A DNA stretch of 44,336 nucleotides from a virus: positions 1-44,336 of IMG/VR virus record IMGVR_UViG_3300031578_000104; one strand, given 5' to 3'. A program made the position numbers and the translations under genes. This document shows, piece after piece, positions 5,627 to 13,572 of the stretch (position 1 is its first letter; every line of letters begins with the position of its first letter). Under the pieces are notes generated by a model. It saw only the letters and a list, made by a program, of their open reading frames with translations, was not told where the DNA came from and ran no database searches.

Positions 5627-6367
5627 TTAAACCATTTCTGGGGCCAGGAGGCCTCCAGCATTTTTAATGACCTGGCGAAGCCTACGGTTTTCCTCCGCCA
5701 CCTTCTGGGTTTCCCTGCTAATCTTTAAGAGTCCAGCCACAACAAAAGCCTTATTTGCTGGCTCCTCCGGCTTATGTTCACCCGCCTGAATCAACCCGGC
5801 CTGTTCCGCTACCTGCATAACCTCAATCTCCCATTGTTCCGGCACTGTTTTTTCCTCCTTCGTTGGTTCGTAAAAAATAAAATAGTTGAGTGATTGCTGC
5901 CTGAAAATGTCATAGCTTGCCTTGGTCCTCGTTTCCGAATTTGGATCGTTGACAAGGATCTGATCGCCACCCTCCGACAACCCCCACAGTAGGATGTAAT
6001 GACCTATTGTGGTGAAATATCCAGGCCCCATGCTTGCCACGACCAGAGCACCCTTTTTAAGGGCCTCAATGGCTTCGTTGGTCAAACTGGTCTGTTTAAA
6101 TTCCAGACCATACTTTTTCGCCGCAAAATCAAAGAATCCCCAGGCAACACCATTATTGTAGGTGCGATAAAAGTTATCCACGATCACCGTGGCCACATCG
6201 GGAGGCTTTATGTTCTGGTCCAGAAATGTGGCCAGCACCATTGCGAAGGATGCAGCTCCGCAGCCTGAAGTTGCAATCGTTTGTTTGGGGTCCCCGTGAC
6301 TGCTAAATGTTATGTATCCCCATCGGGTATCGTATTGGAGATAGTGAATAGGTTTGGTTGTCCGCAT
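5627..6367 (-). CDS. Endolysin candidate: peptidase C39-like cysteine peptidase domain protein
   Basis: ATG 6367 with a GGGGGTGA SD. Motifs TSGCGAASFAMVL (Cys) and GHYILLWG (His) are typical of Peptidase_C39_2-type cell wall hydrolases. Lies next to the XhlA-like gene. Confidence 0.65.
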   Translation of the reverse strand: MRTTKPIHYLQYDTRWGYITFSSHGDPKQTIATSGCGAASFAMVLATFLDQNIKPPDVATVIVDNFYRTYNNGVAWGFFDFAAKKYGLEFKQTSLTNEAIEALKKGALVVASMGPGYFTTIGHYILLWGLSEGGDQILVNDPNSETRTKASYDIFRQQSLNYFIFYEPTKEEKTVPEQWEIEVMQVAEQAGLIQAGEHKPEEPANKAFVVAGLLKISRETQKVAEENRRLRQVIKNAGGLLAPEMV

Positions 6368-6371
6368 CGAA

Positions 6372-6575
6372 TCACCCCCTTCTCTCAAGCAGGTTAGCCA
6401 CCAAAAGCAAAAGGGACAAAATACTTGTCCCCATTAGGCCCATGAACCAATATTGAAACCTGTCCAGTTTTTTTTCCATCCTAACTGCCCCTTCCTGTAA
6501 GCTTTTAATTTCGGTTTCAGTTCTAGTCAGCCTTTCCCGAACTTCAATCTCAGTCAATGTTCCACCCCCTGGCAA
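6372..6575 (-). CDS. XhlA-like lysis membrane protein
   Basis: 67 aa. N-terminal coiled coil (LTEIEVRERLTRTETEIKSLQE) plus a C-terminal TM helix (FMGLMGTSILSLLLLVANLL), the architecture of haemolysin XhlA family lysis proteins. Confidence 0.6.
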   Translation of the reverse strand: MPGGGTLTEIEVRERLTRTETEIKSLQEGAVRMEKKLDRFQYWFMGLMGTSILSLLLLVANLLERRG

Positions 6576-6749
6576 AATTTCTGCCCGACCCTAAGACTTT
6601 TTTCTCATTTCCGAAGTGTCAACTTTTCATTGCCCTTTTTACAGGCTTTTGTGATATTCTGATTATGCAGGTATGGGTGGTGACTCACCCACCCCGTTAG
6701 GGCCACCCCCGGCGGGGGCCTGCTGCCGCAAAAAGGAGAGATTGTAACT

Positions 6750-6916
6750 TGAAATACTTCTTTGGACTTATTGTCTTTTCCGCTGCAATCGGATTCATAT
6801 TCCCACCATGGAACAACTTTTTAGACTCCGCATGGCTTACCTTTTGGCTCGTAGTTGTCCCGGCAGCCGCATCATTTGTTTGGTGGTATGAGAGAAAAGA
6901 GCAAAGAAAAAATTAG
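6750..6916 (+). pseudogene. Frameshifted small 2-TM ORF on the opposite strand
   Basis: GGAGAG SD plus TTG 6750 opens a frame that stops after 24 codons. The -1 frame continues with AAIGFIFPPWNNFLDSAWLTFWLVVVPAAASFVWWYERKEQRKN. One extra T in the T4 run at 6777-6780 would give an intact 56-aa membrane protein. Confidence 0.3.
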
Positions 6917-9900
6917 CGCAGGATAATTCCAGAAGCCTTATCGCTGCGCTGTAGTTGATTCTTTTTCTCCGTATTTAGCTTCAGTTGTGACTTTGGCTTT
7001 TCTTCCACAACAAAACCCTTCCGCTTTAACCCATCGTAAACCTTCATTTGTGCCTCCACCGGCTGGTCTACGATGCTTGCCAGCGCTACGGTTTTTAACT
7101 GCATTTCGCGTAACTTGGCCTTTTTCTCAGCCGCACCCATGCCCGACTTTTCGATTTCCCTCATAACTATTCGATTGTCACCAATCAAATCAGCCACCTT
7201 ACCGTACAGCTTCCGCATTCTCTCGTCCTGGGTTTCCAAAGTACTGCCGGTCTGTTTTATGTCGGCCCTCATGGTGTCGAGTTCTTTCTTTCGCTCATAG
7301 AACTTTTGGGTCACATCTTGACTGTAGGCCGGGTCTGCGGTAAACATACGAGCAAGCGCATCCTTAAGAGAGCCTTCGGATGTTGCCGGAATGCCAACCT
7401 GGCCGATAATTCCCAGATAAGAGCTTGCAATATAATCAATCTGTTTTGGAGACACGTTGAACCTTTGCCCAATGGCCTTGGATATTTTACTTGTCTTTTC
7501 ATCATACTGCTGGCCCGGACTCATGTTTTCCATATAGCCCGGTACAATCGGCCTTCTGGCGAAGTCTTTGTTCGCCGGAATATCAGTGATTAACGGACTT
7601 GCAATGTTATCCGTCAATGGGTTAGGGGGTAAGAAGCTGGCTTTCACCGTATCCGCGAACTTATAAAAAGCATCAGGATCATGCTCTTTAAACTGCCTCA
7701 GTGTCCTTTCAACCAACGCACCAAATATTACCCCGCCCTCTCTTGGTTTTGGCAGCTTCAAGAATGTGCCATTTGGCAATGGAACGCAGAAGTTTGTGTC
7801 CTTTACCCAGTTGCTTAGTTTTTGGTAATTAGGATTGTCGTGGTTCATGGCATACAGGGCTAAAGTGGGCATGGTCACAGCGGCAAAGGTTTTGGTAATT
7901 GCCGCAAGGGGCCTATCCTTGTATGTGCGCCCAAACTTATCTATGCCCTGAATGGCCGCTCCGAAATAGGGTACAAAAGCATCCAGGAAATTTGATATTT
8001 CGGCCGATCTTGTTTTAGAGAAGTTAACCGTTATGTCCTTACTTTCAAACAGTGCCTTGCTCCTGGTCGCGTAGGTATCGCCCTCCTGCCGCAGAATGCG
8101 CCGGTATTCTCCCAGCCTTGGCAGGGTTTCTGTCACATCTGCCAGACGCTCCAGCCATGTAAACGGCACGTTTAAGATCCTCCGGGTATATTCCACCGGG
8201 TTTTTAATGTTACTTAAATCGTAATAACCAGGTGTCAATTTTGCCTTGGTAGTACGCAACAGGTTAACGTCAGCACTGACGGCGGTAGCATGACCACCGC
8301 CCATAGCCCTGTAGGACTTTGCCGCAGCCCTATTGCCGACAATATCAACCAATGCTCCGACAATGTCCCCGGCCCACGTCATAGGGTTATTGGTCGATTT
8401 TGACGCTACATAAGACATTGGCAGGTCGCGAACAATATTGCGCCCTAGGCTAAATATTGGGTTGATGCCTGTGGTCAACAGTTTCATTTTACTCGTAATA
8501 GAACGGGCACCCTCAACTACCATGTTCTGCGCTGGCGTTGAAAGATTGGTTAATGCCTCCAGTAATGGCAGATCGTTAATCCGCACATTTACCCTCTCAC
8601 CATTTACCCTGGCAGCAACGATATTCTTCATATTGAGGTTGGTGGTCTTAGGGTCAACCAGTTCACCAAATACCTTCATGCCGTCCGGGTCTTGGCGCAT
8701 CATCGAAATAAGTCGCTGAGCAACCTCGTTGCGCTTTGCTGCTTTGATGTAGGCCGGTACCCGTTCGATAAGAGTTTCCAGAGACTCAATAGTTTTGCGT
8801 TCTGATCCCTGTGCGCTCTTAATCGGGTTGGGTTGGTCTACAAAAGAACTCCGGGCACCCGTGGCACTGGTAACGCCCATTTCAACATCGTCTAAAAGAC
8901 GCTGCAAGGGAATATAGTCCTGATACTGCTGCCTCATGGCCTGCCATTGTGCTTTTGAGATCATGCCAGTATCAACAGCCCACTTTTCACCAAAGTCCTT
9001 GATCCATTTAGTGTAATCCTGTGCTGCCTGGGCCATCCACGGATGAGTACGGTCGTATTGTGCAACCTTTTTACTGGCCAGAATTTCATTCATGTTTAGA
9101 GCTTTAGGGTAGACCTCCAGGCCCTGTGTTTCCCATGATTTGAAATGCTTCAGCTTTAGGTAGTCCTCAAACTTGCGCCATTCACCTTTTGGCACCTTTT
9201 TAACTATCTCCATTAATGGTGCGCCGACAACGTTACCCTGAGAATCAACCATACCCTTAGTTAAAACGTGTTCTGCTATAGTTTCAGAGTTGCTGGCATT
9301 ATGGGCAAGAATAAAAGTTCGCTCGTTGTCAGGTAGGTTTCTGCCAATGTTTTTCGAGTACAACTTGTCAACGTCATTTAATCTGTTGCGGCCATCCACC
9401 GTCTTATAATAGAGAGTCTTTATTTTGTTAGCCACATTAACTGGGGCAAACCTCTGCAACAATGGTTCCCTGTCGGCTTTTGCCGTGATTGTCTCAATGG
9501 TGTCCGGTAGCTTCAGGCTTGCCGGGCTGATGCCGGGAGGTAAAGGTCGGGAACTTTTTATCTGGTCCCCAATATCCATACCAGTATCAAAAGCATCCTT
9601 CTCGGCCTTTCTTGACGCTCCGCTTCTCATTAGTTTAGACAGTCCTGCTTTTACCCCCATAAAAGCCAGTTCCCCGCCTGCGCCTACCCCGGCCCCAACA
9701 GCGGTCCGTTTTGCAACTTCCGCTGAAGTATCACCTTCATTAATTCCCCGAACACCTTCATAGCCGCCTACAGTTGCAGAAGCCGGTAAAATTTTAGTGA
9801 GCAAACCTCTACTTGCCGGCAATGCCTCTTTGACAAGAGATATGCCCCTGCCAATAGGAAGGGCCGCCCCGCCCAATTCACTACCTGCAGCCAAGACTTT

Positions 9901-10293
9901 TTCCGACAAGGTTTCAGGCTGAGTTGGAACAAAGGGTTGAAATCTGCCACCGGTTAATTTGGAGATACCACGTTCTAAACCGCCACCCTTGCCCAAGAAG
10001 CCAGCCGATACACCTTTAAGGGCATTGTCAAGGTTAATGTCCACGGCACGGGAAAGCTGTTGCGGTATAGACCGCACCGGTGGGGCACTGGTCGGCTCCA
10101 CGGATTCAAAAACGCCCTGCTTGACCAATGCGTTAGCGTCTAGCGTGGGGCGTTTTATGACCGGGGCAGGTGCCGGAGCAGAGGGAGGTTTCTTTAGCTG
10201 ACCTCTTGCCTTTTCTCCAAGACTATCATAGCTAAGCGATCCCTCATTTACTTTTTGCTGTAAATGCTGCTGTGCCCATTTAGGTATCGCCAT
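6913..10293 (-). CDS. Large virion-associated protein (internal/ejection-protein candidate)
   Basis: 1126-aa ORF, last gene of the structural block. Gly/Ala-rich hydrophobic segments (AVGAGVGAGGELAFMGV), a long helical C-terminus, no catalytic motif recognised. Confidence 0.5.
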   Translation of the reverse strand: MAIPKWAQQHLQQKVNEGSLSYDSLGEKARGQLKKPPSAPAPAPVIKRPTLDANALVKQGVFESVEPTSAPPVRSIPQQLSRAVDINLDNALKGVSAGFLGKGGGLERGISKLTGGRFQPFVPTQPETLSEKVLAAGSELGGAALPIGRGISLVKEALPASRGLLTKILPASATVGGYEGVRGINEGDTSAEVAKRTAVGAGVGAGGELAFMGVKAGLSKLMRSGASRKAEKDAFDTGMDIGDQIKSSRPLPPGISPASLKLPDTIETITAKADREPLLQRFAPVNVANKIKTLYYKTVDGRNRLNDVDKLYSKNIGRNLPDNERTFILAHNASNSETIAEHVLTKGMVDSQGNVVGAPLMEIVKKVPKGEWRKFEDYLKLKHFKSWETQGLEVYPKALNMNEILASKKVAQYDRTHPWMAQAAQDYTKWIKDFGEKWAVDTGMISKAQWQAMRQQYQDYIPLQRLLDDVEMGVTSATGARSSFVDQPNPIKSAQGSERKTIESLETLIERVPAYIKAAKRNEVAQRLISMMRQDPDGMKVFGELVDPKTTNLNMKNIVAARVNGERVNVRINDLPLLEALTNLSTPAQNMVVEGARSITSKMKLLTTGINPIFSLGRNIVRDLPMSYVASKSTNNPMTWAGDIVGALVDIVGNRAAAKSYRAMGGGHATAVSADVNLLRTTKAKLTPGYYDLSNIKNPVEYTRRILNVPFTWLERLADVTETLPRLGEYRRILRQEGDTYATRSKALFESKDITVNFSKTRSAEISNFLDAFVPYFGAAIQGIDKFGRTYKDRPLAAITKTFAAVTMPTLALYAMNHDNPNYQKLSNWVKDTNFCVPLPNGTFLKLPKPREGGVIFGALVERTLRQFKEHDPDAFYKFADTVKASFLPPNPLTDNIASPLITDIPANKDFARRPIVPGYMENMSPGQQYDEKTSKISKAIGQRFNVSPKQIDYIASSYLGIIGQVGIPATSEGSLKDALARMFTADPAYSQDVTQKFYERKKELDTMRADIKQTGSTLETQDERMRKLYGKVADLIGDNRIVMREIEKSGMGAAEKKAKLREMQLKTVALASIVDQPVEAQMKVYDGLKRKGFVVEEKPKSQLKLNTEKKNQLQRSDKASGIILR

Positions 10294-10297
10294 ATTA

Positions 10298-11548
10298 TTA
10301 CCCCCCGTAGTTATTCTTTACATACATGGTTTTCCACGCATCATACAATTGAGCATAATTTGACATGTCAGAAAGCAGCCTTGAGTCATTTTGCACCTGA
10401 TTAGTAACCCAGTCATTCATATTTTTACGACTAGTTTCTTCCTGTCCAGCCGTTAAGCCACCATTGCTCCCCGTACTATACGGCTCATTGGCCGAATGCT
10501 GATAGTTAGCCGTCTGCGCCTTAATCTGGTTAAGTTGCGCCAGGGCGGTGTCATAATCCAGGGAGCCAACATCCACCTTTTGCTGAAGCTGTTTAGCCTG
10601 TAGCTTCAATGTTTCAGGCAGGAAGGAATTCTGTATCTCCTGTGCAGCACTGTCAAGCGCCATCTTCCTGTTTGACAGAATTTGCGACTGCATGTCCGGG
10701 TTACTGCTTGACTTGCCCCAGTCAAACTGCTGCCCGGCCAGAGTTCTTGTTCCCCCCATGTCCCCGGTCAACTGCGACTGTTGCAGGTTATAACTCCTGT
10801 TGGCATTGTACTGGTCAATCATGCTCTGCATGGCCTGGGCCTCTACATCAGCCTCAGCCGCCGCCACATCGGAAGCATAACCGCTTTCAACATTCGCCCT
10901 CTGGCTTTCAATACCAGCAAGGTTAGAAGCCTCCTGCCTATCCAGCGCCCCTATCTGTCCCTGTAAACCGGCATTGCGGTAAACCTCCGGCATGGCCCCA
11001 GCTGCACCCTTTATGCCCCTGGCTGCCATGTACTGAGCAAAGTTCATAGCCCCCACATCTGATGCCGCCGCCGCCTGGTTCCGCTTGTCGTAATAGGTCG
11101 GGGCAACATTAGACTTTTCAGTATCCAGGGAGGACAGGGCGGTGTTTCTGGCCTTGTCCAGTGAGGCCATGCGGCTTGCCCGCTGGGCTTCTTTGAGTTG
11201 GTTGATGTATTGGGTGGGGTCGTATTGCTCCTCGGGCTGGATTTCTGGTTCGATGGGTGTTTGCATGCCCTGAAAAGCACTTACAGCATCTCCAAGCGGC
11301 ACGTATTGACCGTTCGGTGCTTGAACATCCCGAAACGGCCACTCGCTTTGAGCTTGCGGATTTGTGAGTAAGTCAACATATCCTTGTCCATTATAGGTGT
11401 TCTTTACGTTGGTCTGTGGTGTACCGGGGACGATCATTCCCTGCTGTCCAGCTACTCCACCCGTAATTCCGTATCTCTTGCTATAAGCATCGCTGTTAAT
11501 TTTTTGAATTTCCGCACCGCTTTTACCTGCTGTTGCGCTACCGCCCAT
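10298..11548 (-). CDS. Q/A/N-rich virion protein (internal/ejection-protein candidate)
   Basis: 416-aa ORF, compositionally biased (Gln, Ala, Asn, Ser), tightly packed between structural genes. Confidence 0.45.
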   Translation of the reverse strand: MGGSATAGKSGAEIQKINSDAYSKRYGITGGVAGQQGMIVPGTPQTNVKNTYNGQGYVDLLTNPQAQSEWPFRDVQAPNGQYVPLGDAVSAFQGMQTPIEPEIQPEEQYDPTQYINQLKEAQRASRMASLDKARNTALSSLDTEKSNVAPTYYDKRNQAAAASDVGAMNFAQYMAARGIKGAAGAMPEVYRNAGLQGQIGALDRQEASNLAGIESQRANVESGYASDVAAAEADVEAQAMQSMIDQYNANRSYNLQQSQLTGDMGGTRTLAGQQFDWGKSSSNPDMQSQILSNRKMALDSAAQEIQNSFLPETLKLQAKQLQQKVDVGSLDYDTALAQLNQIKAQTANYQHSANEPYSTGSNGGLTAGQEETSRKNMNDWVTNQVQNDSRLLSDMSNYAQLYDAWKTMYVKNNYGG

Positions 11549-11551
11549 AAT

Positions 11552-12088
11552 TTACACCCCCGTTCTAAAATCTCTCCATGAAAAACGGTCAACCCCTGTG
11601 AGGTCAAATTCTTCTTTCATGATCTCGTAGAATTTAACATCATAGAGCTGACCGTCATAGAGCTTGGCATCTTTTTTAAATATACCAACGATACGCCCCC
11701 CGTAGGAGGTTACAACATTGTCATAGACAGCTTCTGCAGGGTTTCCCACTATTACAAAGAAGGTGATTTTGTTTACTCCGAATTTTTTATAGAGGGAAAC
11801 AAAGAAGTCGTGTAGGTCTCCGGTAAACTCCTTGCTTTTTGAATCAAACTTAATAACTTGCAGTTCATACGCAGCGTTTGTTTCCCGGTTTATTTTGACG
11901 CTAAAATATCCTACTACGTCACCATTATCCAGACTGACCATTTGAATCATTTCGTCTGAATTTTGATATATCGGGATAAAGTATTCAATAAATGAACTGC
12001 GGCTATAAAATTTAAAACGGTCCCGAAAGACCGTTTCTCTGAACCTCTGATTTAACCTATCAGCATGATAAAAAGCTGGATCTAACAT
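11552..12088 (-). CDS. GNAT-like acetyltransferase-fold protein
   Basis: ATG 12088 follows GGGGGAAAGG. The C-terminal KITFFVIVGNPAEAVYDNVVTSYGGRIVG resembles the GNAT ...N-x-x-A-x-x-x-Y...G core. The upstream part of the tracked ORF overlaps a terminator. Confidence 0.4.
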   Translation of the reverse strand: MLDPAFYHADRLNQRFRETVFRDRFKFYSRSSFIEYFIPIYQNSDEMIQMVSLDNGDVVGYFSVKINRETNAAYELQVIKFDSKSKEFTGDLHDFFVSLYKKFGVNKITFFVIVGNPAEAVYDNVVTSYGGRIVGIFKKDAKLYDGQLYDVKFYEIMKEEFDLTGVDRFSWRDFRTGV

Positions 12089-12105
12089 ACCTTTCCCCCT
12101 TTTTG

Positions 12106-12134
12106 GGCAAATAAAAACACCCCCGAAGGGTGTT
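12106..12134 (-). terminator. Rho-independent terminator inside the tail module
   Basis: The - strand reads aacaccc-ttcgg-gggtgtt followed by tttatttgc; the stem contains the stop codon of 12133-12849. Confidence 0.65.
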
Positions 12135-12849
12135 ATTGTTGCTGACTTATCTGGTTTAGCATCTGTTCTAATAAAGCATTTTTCTCTGGTGATTGCCCCC
12201 ACCATTTATCGCGTTCGCTTTTTTCCACATATTCAATCATCCACTGCGGAGCGCTAATTGTTTTTAATACTTCTTTTTGTTTTTTTGATGCACTTAATTC
12301 TGCTCTTTCAATAGAATCAATTTTGTTATTATAGGTTTCTAAGCAGTGCCATGTCTCATGCATAAGCATAGCGGCCCACCATGCTTTGTCTGCTTTTCCA
12401 TAGTCAGAAGGAATATTAATTGCCATGTCTTTTCCCTGTGTTAATGGGCCTATAAATGAATCATTCAGCACTATCTTCCTGACATACATCCCAACAAACT
12501 TATAATCTTCCGGGTCTCTATCCTTTAGTAACTGCAGAGCATCCCGCATAGCCTTTTTAAAAGCCGCATCCCCCACAATCTCAATGTCTGTAAGCGCATC
12601 CCCCTGTGAAGCGATATAGGCAGTGCCTGTTAGACTGTCCCACCCCACAGTAGCCCCCATGGACTCGGAAACCGCCCTCAGAGGTACAAACACTCGCCCG
12701 TCAATTAGTTGGGGGCCAGGGGATGAAATAAGGAGCTTACCGTTTATCCAGACGTTAACCGATTCATTATCGGCAAAACCAACTCCCCCGGCCATCATCC
12801 CAACAAAGAAGGTCAAGACCAGAAGGACACTGTAAAGTCTTTTCTTCAT
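12133..12849 (-). CDS. Secreted protein: signal peptide + copper-amine-oxidase-N (stalk) domain + HExxH metallopeptidase-like domain
   Basis: ATG 12849 with an AAGGGGG SD. MKKRLYSVLLVLTFFVGMMAGGVGFA signal. VWINGKLL...DGRVFVPLRAVSESMGATVGWD stalk-domain motif. MLMHETWHCLE contains HExxH. Confidence 0.7.
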   Translation of the reverse strand: MKKRLYSVLLVLTFFVGMMAGGVGFADNESVNVWINGKLLISSPGPQLIDGRVFVPLRAVSESMGATVGWDSLTGTAYIASQGDALTDIEIVGDAAFKKAMRDALQLLKDRDPEDYKFVGMYVRKIVLNDSFIGPLTQGKDMAINIPSDYGKADKAWWAAMLMHETWHCLETYNNKIDSIERAELSASKKQKEVLKTISAPQWMIEYVEKSERDKWWGQSPEKNALLEQMLNQISQQQ

Positions 12850-12870
12850 GCAAATACCCCCTTTGCCACT

Positions 12871-12898
12871 ATTATACAGCATCGGGGGTAAATTGAAA
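12871..12898 (-). promoter_or_regulatory. Candidate promoter (TTTCAA-16 nt-TATAAT) for the secreted-protein gene
   Basis: The - strand has a perfect TATAAT (12871-12876) preceded by TG, and a -35-like TTTCAA at 12893-12898. Confidence 0.45.
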
Positions 12899-12942
12899 TA
12901 GGGGTTGGGGAAGTGTCAACTTCTAAGGTGGGTTTTTACACC

Positions 12943-13572
12943 TTATGACGTGGCAATATATTCAATGCAAAATGTTAATGTCGTGTTATTTTGAACCTGT
13001 GCCGGCTGTAAATTCGTTTGAATGGCGTTATCCCGTTCAAACGCTAATCTACAGTAGGTTGTATTAGGCATAGCTGCGCCAATTAGCCTTTTTTCATCTG
13101 CCGCATGATCAATATACGAAATACCACCAAAACTGACAGCGCCTAAATAATCAATAAATACAGCAAATGGCAAGCCGCCAATCCTAACATCTCCAGACAT
13201 AGCCGCATCTTTTGCAGATAGTGTTATCATCCCAAAACATGTGACCTTGTTGTTTATCTTAATATATGTGCCAGCTTGTGTGACGTAAGTGTGTGCACCT
13301 GCTGTAGTACTACCATATAAGGTTGGGGTCCAGTTTCCATTTTTAACTATTAACCCATGCGCCCCATTTGCGTCCGTCACCAAATCTGCCAGATGAGCAT
13401 CGCCTTCCACTAGATGTGTCGCATTAAACCACGCCACAAAATCAGCGCCAAACTTATCAAACAGAGCTTTTAGCTGAGTCGCCGTCAATCCTCCAACGTC
13501 ATTAGGTAAATTGTCCAGCGATGCTATATTATTTGTTACTACACTACATGTGGTAAAAGCCACGGGGCTCAC
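12943..13572 (-). CDS. Tail fibre / receptor-binding protein candidate
   Basis: 209 aa. The N-terminal NLPNDVGGLTATQLKALFDKFG motif is typical of Firmicute phage fibre N-termini. Beta-rich C-terminus. ATGA overlap with the upstream tail gene. Confidence 0.55.
   Translation of the reverse strand: MSPVAFTTCSVVTNNIASLDNLPNDVGGLTATQLKALFDKFGADFVAWFNATHLVEGDAHLADLVTDANGAHGLIVKNGNWTPTLYGSTTAGAHTYVTQAGTYIKINNKVTCFGMITLSAKDAAMSGDVRIGGLPFAVFIDYLGAVSFGGISYIDHAADEKRLIGAAMPNTTYCRLAFERDNAIQTNLQPAQVQNNTTLTFCIEYIATS

Noticed and set aside
6913-10293. Calling the 1126-aa protein a tape measure protein
   Set aside because: Its size and Gly-rich hydrophobic segments are compatible. However, no tail tube, chaperone frameshift pair or distal tail genes accompany it, and the fibre gene lies upstream. 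It is left as a virion/ejection-protein candidate.
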